Source: Botryllus schlosseri (lineage: Eukaryota). From it: a stretch of 64,000 nucleotides of DNA. The position numbers and the translations under genes were made by a program. The stretch covers positions 22,010,001 to 22,074,000 of the forward strand of contig CM119385.1 in assembly GCA_051294905.1 (NCBI GenBank), read 5' to 3'. The stretch's first letter is position 1; each line of letters begins with the position of its first letter. Below are positions 27,701-37,416 of this stretch, piece by piece. The notes below the pieces were generated by a model. The model did not search any database. It was not told where the DNA came from and was given only the letters and a program-made list of their open reading frames with translations.

Positions 27701-30029
27701 TTAATAGTTGCTTCCAAACTACATTAGAATTAGAATTACTGAATTCGCGTAGACTTGGAAATGGAGTCAGTAGTCGGCTTTTCCAAGTGAGATTAAAATT
27801 GGAATTTTAGCTACCGTTTTTTCCAAATTAGATTAGAATTAATAGTTGCTTCCAAACTACATTAGAATTAGAATTACTGAATTCGCGTAAACTTGGAACT
27901 TGAATCAGTAGTCGGCTTTTCCATATGAGATTAAAATTAGAATTTTTGCTGCCGTTTTTCCAAATTAGATTAGAATTAATAGTTGTTTCCAAACTACATT
28001 AGAATTAGAATTACTGAATCCGCGTGAACTCGAAAATTGAATGAAGTTCAGTTCCTATCAAATCATTCACTCTCATAAGCGCATGAATTACAAATGTCTG
28101 TACAGCGTGCTTGGCTCGTTTCGCGCTATCAAGTTCATTTTGAGCACAGCCGGAAATTAGTTAGAATTAAAATTATAGTATAGAAGGATTTCACAAATTA
28201 AATTAGAATTAGTTTACCGTCATTGCGCTATAATTAGTCTAATTACCTAGCTGTCCAAGTCTGCCCAAGTGACTCTGCGTGTAATCCTTACGCAAACGTG
28301 ATTTTAGGTATTTAGTGCTAAGATGTGTGCCGTATATCCACCTTTTTACTTAATTTTTTATTTTGTTTTACAGAAAAGCCTCAAGTATCTTCCAAACCAG
28401 GTAAATTCAGAAATTACCTCCCACATTTTTCGGTATAGCCGCTCGATTCATTTCTGCAAGTAGAATTTAATTTCGATACACGCATGCGCGATATCAGTTT
28501 GCACAATTTAGTTTCATCACGTTTTATTTTGGGCAATCAGTATCGAAAGTTGCCATGTTGCCTCGGAAGCCCTCACCGCCGCCGCTGTCTGCCAAACCAG
28601 CTAAAGGGAGCCCGCCTCCATTGCCTACCAAACCAAAGCCCGCTCCTAGGCCAGGTACGTGTTTTTTCTGTATATGTGGCTGCTAATGTATGTCGAATGT
28701 GTATTCAGAAGTTGGCTACTGTAGGAACCCATAAACTGAAGAATTGTACGTATAGACTAGACTAGATACGTTCAAGAATAAGTCTTTTGTTTCAAATTCT
28801 ACTGCCTACTTCATAAAATTGTTGTCTAAGAGTGCAGCACGTCAAATTTGGCTCAATTACAACCAGCAAAATCATTACTATCAGAGGATATAGCTTGAGA
28901 TTTAAAAAAAAAAAATTTTGCGACTACCCCATGAAATTTTGCATAAAAAAACGATGCGTATCAAATTTATCTCAATTTCGACCCGCAGATGCGAAGTTTT
29001 TGGTGTAGACAATTTGGGATTTAAAAAAATAGTATTCACGGTGACCATGCTATTTTTTCAAATCCAAAATTCTGCACACCTTTAACTTCGCATCTTGAAG
29101 TATTTATTTGTATTGTATAAGCCCGTGGTTAAAACGTGTAGCGCGTGTAATATGCATTTTATTGGTCGCTGTTCACAATTGGGAACGGGCATTTGATTTT
29201 GGTTTCTTCGTACCAACGCAGGATATGTACTTTAGGCCAGGATTAATCTTAGTGTAAAACAAATTGATATTTTAAACGTGATATCGGTGTTTGTGTGTCA
29301 AGTTGTGTGTTGCTGTCGTGTTGCTATTACTCAACCGACGCACTTGATTTTCGTGAAATGGTTTTCAGTGACTTGTCTGTGTGTTGGACTAATTCCGTGT
29401 TCCTAATTTTGGTGTAGATTCCGTAACGAGCGGAGCAAGATCGCGTCCTGTGTCCGGTTTGTACTCAATTTGCATGTGCACGACATTGATTTACTGCTTC
29501 TTTGCTTGATATGGCTTTGATTTACGTTTGAAGTTAATTAATTTACAATTAAAAACTTGTGCGGCCTATTAGATGGCATAGTAAATCGCTCCGTGGATTC
29601 TGTGCGCTATATGCAAAGTTGTGTGGGACTTGGAAAGCTTTATGTGATTCAAGATTTAAAGAAAGCTGATCGATTTCGTCCTTGATCCAAGATGCCCCAG
29701 AAAAACTCAATTTTATCTTCTTGTCAGTTTTCTTGGCGGTGTGCTTCTTTCGGGAATTTGAGTAAAATTCTGAATTCAAATTATGTTTTTAAATACCTGA
29801 TAAACATTAGTTAACTGATCTTGGCGAACTGTGAACGTCCTCACACGATTGCACTAGAATTCAAATCCTGTTACCATTCTGTAATTTGCACGATTTCGCG
29901 ATAATGGCGTACTCCTTAGGCTGTCCTCGTGCAATAGTTGATGTTCTGTTTCAGAATTTGTCGACCCCAAGCGAGTCCCGAGCTCCATAAAGCAACGAGC
30001 CGCCTCGTGGGGAAAGAAGGACAGTAAAT
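9639..30029 (+). CDS. CARMIL: CARMIL/LRRC16-family capping-protein regulator, C-terminal half (14 spliced exons; 5' PH/LRR exons and terminal exon not resolved)
   Basis: GT-AG exons 9639-9719, 10180-10360, 22635-22805, 23071-23187, 23601-23698, 24694-24782, 25004-25071, 25135-25250, 25892-26086, 26891-27089, 28374-28400, 28541-28654, 29418-29456, 29955-30029 join in phase into 523 codons with no stop. The product has FLPELPTATRKLEHVTK|GRARPARRVQKKP (CPI; recalled CARMIL1 [29 protein letters not shown]), DKSVDDFF (CSI; recalled DEGVDEFF), RKKRAESIAKRKQRP, GNVLAEMKLKK and a Pro-rich tail (SKVAMLP, PPLPTKPKP). Confidence 0.88.
10180..10360 (+). CDS. CARMIL: CARMIL exon KTKAEDK...RKKRAESIAKRKQRPIINPAL
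   Basis: aatttccag acceptor, TAG|gtgagt donor, 181 nt, phase 0-1; followed by a 12.3-kb intron. Confidence 0.85.
12723..13102. mobile_element. ~380-bp MITE with tag(a/g)gttaccat/atggtaacccta termini
   Basis: Inverted termini; same family at 39278-39652, as left-end fragments at ~43452 and ~46912, and as a reversed end at ~36960-37030; no TSD recognised. Confidence 0.65.
15336..15991. mobile_element. Fold-back hAT-type MITE, 656 bp
   Basis: Long inverted arms over most of its length, TAGG…CCTA termini, perfect 8-bp TSD ttgaacaa (15328-15335, 15992-15999). Confidence 0.85.
16369..17553 (+). repeat. Dispersed 'CAGACTTGGACAACTAG' element with an internal ~35-bp minisatellite array
   Basis: Conserved head cagactcggacaaccagataatt at 16369; tandem aattctaatctaatttggaaaaactgtgtagct monomers ~16620-17510. 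Family copies at ~731-1080, ~3620-3985, ~13775-14290, ~20801-21030, ~27150-28263(-), ~31286-31520, ~37470-37742(-), ~50160-50532(-), ~61580-61840. Confidence 0.8.
17940..18420 (+). repeat. Second ~35-bp minisatellite array of the same monomer family
   Basis: About 13 degenerate ctataattcta…ctaatttgaaaaa…tgtag monomers. Confidence 0.75.
21827..22440. mobile_element. Fold-back hAT-type MITE, 614 bp (same family as 15336-15991)
   Basis: tagggctc…gagcccta termini, TSD atgaacat/atgaacac (7/8); partial relatives at ~2639-3030, ~10920-11290, ~28790-29090, ~38045-38468. Confidence 0.85.
22635..22805 (+). CDS. CARMIL: CARMIL exon (D)IDYKKKVEEQPTPPRSASP...EADEIK
   Basis: tttatctccag acceptor, AAG|gtagcc donor, 171 nt, phase 1-1. 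Confidence 0.85.
23071..23187 (+). CDS. CARMIL: CARMIL acidic exon EEVPAQEPTEDV...TETD
   Basis: ttttgtttgcag acceptor, ACA|gtgaga donor, 117 nt, phase 1-1. Confidence 0.8.
23601..23698 (+). CDS. CARMIL: CARMIL exon with first half of the CPI motif (…FLPELPTATRKLEHVTK)
   Basis: gtcttttcag acceptor, AAG|gtgagg donor, 98 nt, phase 1-0. Confidence 0.9.
24694..24782 (+). CDS. CARMIL: CARMIL exon with second half of CPI and the CSI motif (GRARPARRVQKKPAVKEDSDKSVDDFFSAS)
   Basis: tattttcgcag acceptor, TC|gtaagt donor, 89 nt, phase 0-2. Confidence 0.9.
25004..25071 (+). CDS. CARMIL: CARMIL exon VTSTDFEKVPTLDEEKKENEKE
   Basis: ctcctcttcag acceptor, AAA|gtgagt donor, 68 nt, phase 2-1; next intron only 63 nt. 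Confidence 0.85.
25135..25250 (+). CDS. CARMIL: CARMIL exon ITPKKPRGFGLPGMGQITPDMLKKRRK…
   Basis: ccttctcacgcag acceptor, AAG|gtaggc donor, 116 nt, phase 1-0. Confidence 0.85.
25892..26086 (+). CDS. CARMIL: CARMIL exon …AMGLPGMGFGGNVLAEMKLKKLNRSK
   Basis: tttctattgatcag acceptor, AAG|gtgagt donor, 195 nt, phase 0-0; LAEMK motif recalled from CARMIL1. Confidence 0.88.
26205..26785 (+). repeat. ~35-45-bp minisatellite (caactagaactagaactattcacttttcaaaagt)n
   Basis: About 14 degenerate monomers in a CARMIL intron; short related arrays at ~6900-6960 and ~18900-19000 (reverse). Confidence 0.8.
26891..27089 (+). CDS. CARMIL: CARMIL exon with poly-Asn tract
   Basis: attctctcag acceptor, AAG|gtgagt donor, 199 nt, phase 0-1; (AAT/AAC) run at ~27009-27038. 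Confidence 0.85.
27160..28030. repeat. 138-bp tandem array, ~6 copies, inside a reversed copy of the dispersed CAGACTTGGACA family
   Basis: Marker gtcggctttt recurs at 27221, 27359, 27497, 27635, 27773, 27911 (exact 138-bp spacing); copies near-identical. Confidence 0.92.
28374..28400 (+). CDS. CARMIL: CARMIL micro-exon EKPQVSSKP
   Basis: Long T-rich acceptor ending ttttacag, CAG|gtaaat donor, 27 nt, phase 1-1. Confidence 0.75.
28541..28654 (+). CDS. CARMIL: CARMIL Pro-rich exon VSKVAMLPRKPSPPP…PKPAPRP
   Basis: caatcag acceptor after a T-rich tract, CAG|gtacgt donor, 114 nt, phase 1-1. Confidence 0.85.
29418..29456 (+). CDS. CARMIL: Candidate CARMIL micro-exon DSVTSGARSRPVS
   Basis: aattttggtgtag acceptor, weak CCG|gtttgt donor, 39 nt, phase 1-1, in frame; could be skipped. 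Confidence 0.5.
29955..30029 (+). CDS. CARMIL: CARMIL exon EFVDPKRVPSSIKQRAASWGKKDSK
   Basis: ttctgtttcag acceptor, AAT|gtgagt donor, 75 nt, phase 1-1. Confidence 0.8.
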
Positions 30030-33000
30030 GTGAGTTGGCTTCAAGTTATTTTACTTTGCACAGCGAAAGATAACTTGATATTGTTAAACACATAATAATA
30101 ATCTTTAATTGAAAACTTTTAATTAGTAGATTCAACTATGTCAAGTTCAAGTTATCTCATGACTGGCTATCAAATTCATCCCGCTATCCTTAGCCAAGGA
30201 GTTTGAGAATTCTGATTATATATTTACTTAACAAGCAAGAATTGGCATGCATCGCAATGCCCTTATTACGATAAACAGTCCACGAGCAAGTCTACGAGAA
30301 ACTATTGTACACTGTAGCAGTATGTTCATATCGCCCGATTTATTCCACTCCAAGCTTTTCGACTGACTCTCATCAGAAGCGAACGTCGGTAAATGAGGTT
30401 AACCAAATTCGAAATATAAAAAGAATTTTGGTGTGGTTTAATATTTCGTTAGTGTTGTGTTGTTGCTCGGCTATTCCATATCTGAATTTGTCTATGTTAT
30501 ACCGTAGCTTCACGTTTGGCAATATGAGCGTCTTGTTTGTTGCTGTATTGAATTTCTGCTGTGCTATGTGAAGAGCTTCTTGGAGGTACAAAACTTCAAT
30601 ATATACAATTGAATAGTATATTCATATTGCAATGAACCCGAATATTTTCGGCTGACACTCGTCAGCCACTAGTAGAGAATTGGAAAGAACATAGTATACC
30701 AACAATCGTATTATAAACAGCTACTGACTTTTCAGCCGTGCGGCTAAGTGTCTCTGGGTAAAACCATTAACTATTCGATTGTAATACACAGCGCTATCAT
30801 TTTTCAGAGACTGACAAAACGCACAGAGAGGACGACTCTTTGAAGCAAGTCGTGTTGCGTCACAATATCTACGTGCCGCGCTCGCGTAATCATCAGAAAC
30901 CTCATACAGACTGATGCCAACACATTCGACCGGCCACTGTCGTTTCGGACCGAGTGTACCGGACAACAAACGATCGCGGAAGACGCTATTTCAACTCTGC
31001 GTTATAACTAGACGTTTTCAGCTCTGTACGACAAATCATATCTATCCGTATGGCTTTCGAGCCTACCCTGCGCGTGATTTTCGCGATGATATCATTATTA
31101 TTATTATTCACTGTACGATAATCTGTATGGGATCGCGTGTTTTTTGGGGGTTTTGTGGTTAATCCACTGTTGGAGTGATGATTGGATCGAAGTCAGCATA
31201 TTTTGCTATCTCTAGCTCTACGGCGATGTAAAGCTTTTCTTGCGCGGGCTATGTTGCTGTTCATCGGTCAAAGAAACAGCATTGGCAGACTTGGACAACT
31301 AGATAATTCTTGTCTAATTTGACTGATTATGTCAGTAATCGTAATGTAATCTGTGGAATGTTTTATGCTCTATTTTGATTGTGATCTAATTTGTGGTTTT
31401 CTGGATTGCTGGACTTCTTTCCAACTAGGATTTAAATTCAATTTCCAAGTTATTGCGAATTCGCTAATTCTAATTCTAATCTAATTTGGAAAAAGCTGAG
31501 AATTTCACAGTTGTCCAACTATAGATGTTTGGGATGGTTTCTGTCTTACTGCCAATTTATTCGGGTGGCATTCTGTGCTATGTAACCCTTTATCACGGCT
31601 TACCTTTATCATTGTAAACGATACGCGATACTATATTACTATATTTCGAGGCGAGATTATTTCGTTCCAATCGTGACGTGGCTACACAGTTACGCCTTTT
31701 TTCGTGACGCAAAATTGTTTATCCACGTTTCGTATGGAGTAATTTTTGCTGGATGTAGGCTTCGCCGAAACTGTGGACTTCCTGCGCTGGATTTTTCGTA
31801 CCGTACGGATTCAGTGAAGTTGCCTGTTTCGAGTGTACTTGAGTATTGATGGTTTCTGGTAACTCGCTGTTACCATGCCGTGTGTTCGCGAAAATTTACG
31901 ATGTTTCACCTCTATGGATGATACCGGGTTGTCTTTCAAAGCGTGGTATCGGCTCGATATTATCTGCGAATCTATAATTAATCGTGGTGTAGTGACAATC
32001 CTCATACGGTCGACTGCCACTAAGACTAACTCACGTACCAGCATAACATAATACCCAGTTATCCGATTCTAATTTAATAGTCACGTGCCTTCCGGTTGCT
32101 CTGCGCTTCGCCCAGTATATTTTTTTCTATTTGACAACATAATTATGCATATATTCATATTGTAATTTTCGTTACTGCGGATCAATAATAACTTGATCGG
32201 CGTCGTTTCGACTTCAGATTGCTAACGAGTCAGTGTACGGGCAATTAGTGCAGTGTTTTGAGACTGTGAGGTTTCAGAAGGTTCACAGAGTGTAAGGCTT
32301 AAAAACCACTGGACTAAGTGCTTTTCTTTTATTCAGTGGTACCGAAGTTCAGTGACAAGTAGGCCTACTATCTGTGCTTTCTCAGATATAGATCAGGGGT
32401 AGCCGACACGCGGCCCGCGACCTGATTTGAGATTTCGGTGGAACGCTCAGTAAAGCATTTTGAAATGCTGTATTCGCTTACAGTTCAAAATTTTTTTTGT
32501 GCAAAATATACTCCTATGCTCGACATCACTATTCCTCACTATAGCTGACACGGCTTCGGCGATGATATCAGCATTCGGAAGAATTAGCTGATATGAATAG
32601 GCATACTGCCTTGTCGTGCAATGTCCCAGACACTTCTAAAACCGAGGCACTTAGACTTGGCGCTTTGCGTGAAGATCGTTTTCCAGCAAATACAATGTCT
32701 AGCTAACCCCAATATCGATTCTTTAGCCGCTGAAAAGTGTCGTACTTAGCTCGTAGTTGGAAAGAATTGAAGTGATGATCGTGGTATTTTGTTGTTTTTG
32801 TATTTCTTTAATTATTTTGTGGTAACTACGGCTGAGCACAATGATTCGAGTCGAGTAGCAAAAGACGATTTTTTCGAGCACTGAAATTATACGCTCCTCG
32901 ACTCTGAAAGTCATTTTATCAACGAAAATTGTTGTTTCGACACTATTTCCACTGTGGAAGCCTTGAAACCTTGATTGGCCTTATCGCAGCATACGAAACA

Positions 33001-33039
33001 TCGCTCACATATACGTAGAACTTGAAGGGGGGAGATAAT

Positions 33040-34543
33040 AAAGTTGGGGAGAGAGAGAGATATGATCTTCTTTTTCGCCTGCACCATCGAGATGCTTTGA
33101 CGACGGAGTTGCGGATACGGCCCTATGAGGTCATCTAGTCTGCGCCCCCGTTTTTTTCTCCTCCATGCTATCCGTGATTGCTGAGCGCCTAGCACAGGGG
33201 TTCTCAAAGAGTGGGCCATGGCCCACTGGTGGGCCACAGAGCTATTTAGAAAATTTCAGAATTAATGTAAGTTTAGTTATATTTCTTATGTTATTCGCTA
33301 AAATTATATTCGTATTATCGAATTATACGTAGGCTACATAAAGCTTTTCATCCGACTCTGATTAGACGTAGTCGCACGTATGAATTCAGCATATACAAAT
33401 CGAAAACGTTAGGGAGGAACGGTGACTTTTTCTACTGGCTATGACAACCTACGACAAACAGTAACTAATATAATTTCAAGCGTATAATAACTGGAAGATA
33501 ATGCTGAAGTAACCAAGTATTCCGGTAGGGTCATATGTCGTATGCCGTTGAAAGGGGTATGCAATGAACTCGCAATGAAGTGCAATTGATGTACAGATTT
33601 ACTGTACTTCGGCAGGCCGTATTATTGCAAGCTAAAAACAGCCATAATTGAAAATTATTTGCAACTTCTGGCGGAGGTAAACTGCACCACCGCAACGAAT
33701 CTTAATGGATTGAGGATTTATCGGAGCGCATTAATCTTTGAAGTCGGTTCAAAATGTCCGGCCTGAAAATCATTGTACATAATGAAAGAGTCACAGATTT
33801 TGATTGTATCATTGGATTGAATATTCTGACATCGCAACTCCAGTAGTTTCGGTACAAGACATACAAAGTAGCCTGCATCATGCATATTGGAAAATCTTTC
33901 TCCACTTCTCTGTAGTACCCACTGAGCTATATACCATACCGTACCCCATTCACCAATGAATTGTTCGATGCCGGCACAGAATGATAATAATATTACCCAT
34001 AATAGTATCACTAAAGTCGGAATTACACAGTGCGGGGATCTGCTTATTGTGTTTCGCGACGCGAATGGAGCAGCGGTCGAAAATAATCTACTTAGGAGTT
34101 TTAGCTCTACCAGGGCCGTAACTGCCGCACCCACACCCCCAATTGGGGGAGCTCGAAGGGGCCCAAGATTATTTTGTTGGTCGTTTGTTGGGGGATATTT
34201 ATTCAACGTGAAATTTTTTCGCGCTTCGCGCGATTTCATATCCCGGGAGATCGAGATTTAAATCTCCTCAGTTAGAGAAAAATGCGCCTAATTTGGAGAA
34301 ATAAGCATATCGGCGCTGTCCATGACCACGTATTAAACAGGATTATGACTCTAGTATATCAGGTGGGCCACAGCACATTTTTAAACCGGAAAATGGGCCA
34401 CGACCAAGAAAGGGCTGAGAACCCCTGGCCTAGCAGGATAGCTGCGGATACCAATTTTCGAGTCTTTGATGACCCGGCCGGGGATCGAACCCACGACCTA
34501 CCGCTCGAGAAGCCGGACGCATAACCATTACACTATCTCGCTC
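33040..34543 (-). mobile_element. tRNA-derived SINE split by a hAT MITE
   Basis: Minus strand GAGCGAGATAGTGTAATGG (A box)…GGTTCGATCCCCGGCCGGGTCA (B box), then TCAAAGACTCGAAAATTGGTATCCGCAGCTATCCTGCTAGGC|GCTCAGCA…; the body continues left of the MITE to a (CT)n tail at ~33050. Confidence 0.7.
33195..34427. mobile_element. Non-autonomous hAT (Buster-type) element, 1233 bp
   Basis: TIR caggggttctca/tgagaacccctg; perfect TSD gcctagca (33187-33194, 34428-34435). Confidence 0.9.
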
Positions 34544-35259
34544 GATTAGCAATAAAGTCGATTAGCGCGTTCGTCAGGATTTATCAACCCAGGATTAAGG
34601 AACCGGTTGATCGCAGCGCATGAAGTTAGTGTTAATCTCATGAATTAACAAACTATAGATAACTAGATTACTACTAGTTTTCTATAGAAACTGCGTACAC
34701 TCCGTACCATTCATACGCCCAAATATTTCCGATAATGACCGTGCCGATTGTCTTCTAGGTAATGGCTTCATTAAACAATCAACGAATTATGTACCCGCCA
34801 TTGCAGAGCGATATCAATATTATATAATCCGTTTCCTAGCTGTACCGTACGAATTGGACACGACTTTCATTTCGCGATAATGATAATTCTACCTATTACA
34901 GTGGAAGTATCATCGTCATCAGCAGGCTGCTGATGTTTCAATATAGAGATTGTGGGATCTCTAGTTTCATTCAACAAATTGACAACTGACAGCCTATAAC
35001 ACGTTTTCGCATTGTGATGCAACAGAAAAAGCCACTTGATTGAAAACTCGGGACACCTCGACTTGCCATCGCGCGTAACCTTCAACTTTATGCGTCTATA
35101 GATAACTAACCTACGTAGGTTAGTTATCTATAATGCGTCGCGATTAACAGTATTTAATCACACGATTATCATTCTTCCGGATCAGCTAACTTTATTATCT
35201 CCGCCCTTAAACTACGTAAGTAATTGTATAGCCTCAGTAATTAGTTACCAGCCAAAATA

Positions 35260-35730
35260 GACTTGATAAGATCCAATACATTACCCATTTAGAAATATTG
35301 ATATGATACAATTCGAGTCTGCGTCAATGGTTTATGAGCATAGACACTATATCATATTTCAACAGAGGTGGTCAAAGTAGCCACTACTCAAGTAGAAGTA
35401 GAAGTTACGCCGGAACGACTTGATAAGATCCAATACATTACCCATTTAGAAATATTGATTTGACACAATTCGAGTCTGCGTCAATGGTTTATGAGCATAT
35501 ACACTATATCATATTTCAACAGAGGTGGTCAAAGTAGCCACTACTCAAGTAGAAGTAGAAGTTACGCCGGAACGACTTGATAAGATCCAATACATTACCC
35601 ATTTAGAAATATTGATATGATACAATTCGAGTCTGCGTCAATGGTTTATGAGCATAGACACTATATCATATTTCAACAGAGGTGGTCAAAGTAGCCACTA
35701 CTCAAGTAGAAGTAGAAGTTACGCCGGAAT
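35260..35730 (+). repeat. 157-bp tandem triplication spanning a host-element/inserted-element junction
   Basis: gacttgataag at 35260, 35417, 35574; cagaggtggtc at 35363, 35520, 35677. Confidence 0.9.
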
Positions 35731-35944
35731 TTCTACTCAAGTAGAAGTAGGAGTGGTGGTTCACAAGTAAGTAAGTAAGTAAGTAAGTAGGTATTCTACG
35801 CTTATTTTTGCCTACAAAACTGAAAACTGTCAAGTAGAAGTAGAAGTAGTCTAAATTCCTACCTACTTAAAAAGTAGTGTGAGTAGGCAAAATCTACTTC
35901 AAGTACTTGAAAAAGTAGAAGTACTTCGTTACTGACCACCTCTG
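35677..35944. mobile_element. 268-bp hAT MITE with (AAGT)n/AAGTAG repeats
   Basis: TIR cagaggtggtca/tgaccacctctg; perfect TSD tatttcaa. Confidence 0.88.
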
Positions 35945-37213
35945 TATTTCAATTTCAGTAAAACAATAGGTTTGATTGAGCTAAGAACAGGGAACACAAA
36001 TACTTATTTTTCTGTTAAACTTGGCTACTTTGCTACTAGTTTACGACAACGTAAGCTGTAGGCTTCGATCACTTCATTAGTGGTCAATTTATTTGTGAGA
36101 GAACAACGGAGGCTCAGTAAAACGCACGCACGGGTTACTACACCGTTTCGCGAACAATCCGAACATATGCAAGATACAGTGGTTTTCATCGATACCAATT
36201 ACTTGATGTCTTGAAATTGACTCTTGAATTTTGCTCCGAGTCAAGAATCAATCCACATTTCTGACATGCCGAGTCAAGTCAAGTCATTTTAGCAAAGTGA
36301 CTCGAGTCATTCCAACACTGCATTTCCCACAGCACTTTTCGATCTGTATGCTATTTTCGATGGAATCCCCAAATGTTCTGCCACTCGACTTGAGAAATAA
36401 ACAATCCAGAAATGAATTGAAGCTGAGGCACTTCCGATGAGTTGGTTTGGCCGCCGGTAGAATTAATCTACACCGGTGCTTTCGTCCTCTTTGAGTACCG
36501 CCCGCACTTATTTTGGAGCAGAAATCTCATCCGCACAAAAAATGCGAAAATTATTGCACAAAAGTAAAATGAAAGCACTTTTTTATTCAAATGTTCAACA
36601 AGTAAAGCCATCGGCTAGGCCTACTGCTGAATATCATTTCCGACAATTTCAGACCAGTAATGGTCAGATCTTCATCTCAAAGCTCCCCGCATTGGGCTAC
36701 CAAATTACTCCTTGAGTCAAGTTACGATGTTTTGAGATCCGGAAAAGCAAACACTTTTTGCAAATCGCCAAACTTATAAAATCGGACGAGAATACGGATA
36801 ATAATAATAATAAATTGGACTGGAAATACTAAAAAGGGGTCATTTTTCCAAATCGACCCCCGGAAGACCAGCTCTAAGGTCATTCCTTGCCGTCGCTGAC
36901 GTCATTTAGGCCGTTTTTGTCTTATCTGCTTGTACAATCGCGTGGCTTTCAAAGCTATAAAAGAGGACATTTTCGATTTCTTGAAAAAGGAAGACAAATC
37001 CACCTAAAGGAAAACGTATGGTAACCTTATATTTAGTGGAGAACTCCACTTCCTCATTTTGATGTCAACGGTATCTACAGTTGCGTCGCAACTATACAAA
37101 AGGCAAGAAGAAACTGTCCCTAATATCCTATTAAGTGTTTTTTAAAAACTGTATAGTTTTCATCCGCACAAGTGCGTACCATCCCACACTCCCACAGGCA
37201 GAAAAGCACAGTT

Positions 37214-37416
37214 TTACACTATTGATGCGATTGTTGTGGCCATTTCATATTCATTTTCCACTTCACACGTATGAGATGGCTTCTTTACAACGATACTTGG
37301 GTTCGTTGTTCTTGCCGTTTTGTCGGTGTCATTGGTAGATCCGGTAGTCGTACGATGATGCCGCCATATAATCACCAGCACCAAAATAACCACGGTAATA
37401 GAAGCGATTACCATGC
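37214..37416 (-). CDS. Orphan terminal exon of a single-pass membrane protein (TM helix plus 45-aa tail)
   Basis: Minus-strand acceptor catcactttttcag; phase-1 frame reads (G)MVIASITVVILVLVIIW-RHHR…EVENEYEMATTIASIV*: a hydrophobic helix, basic stop-transfer residues, then a stop at 37214. Upstream exons not securely found. Confidence 0.55.

Larger units (their letters stand above)
35207..36320. mobile_element. Left-truncated relative of the 44462-45396 hAT element, carrying a nested insertion
   Basis: Colinear with ~44815-45396 (aactacgtaagtaattg…gactcgagtcat(t/c)ccaacactg). Confidence 0.75.

Noticed and set aside
27160-28030. Regular repeats considered as a CRISPR-like array
   Set aside because: Units are fully repeated with no unique spacers, the context is a eukaryotic intron, and no cas genes are present.
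33718-34261. 173-aa and 101-aa ORFs
   Set aside because: Lie wholly inside the 33195-34427 MITE; apparent hydrophobic stretches reflect AT-rich sequence; no transposase features.
34470-34543. Possible tRNA gene
   Set aside because: Has A and B boxes but no convincing acceptor or anticodon stems, and continues into a SINE body.
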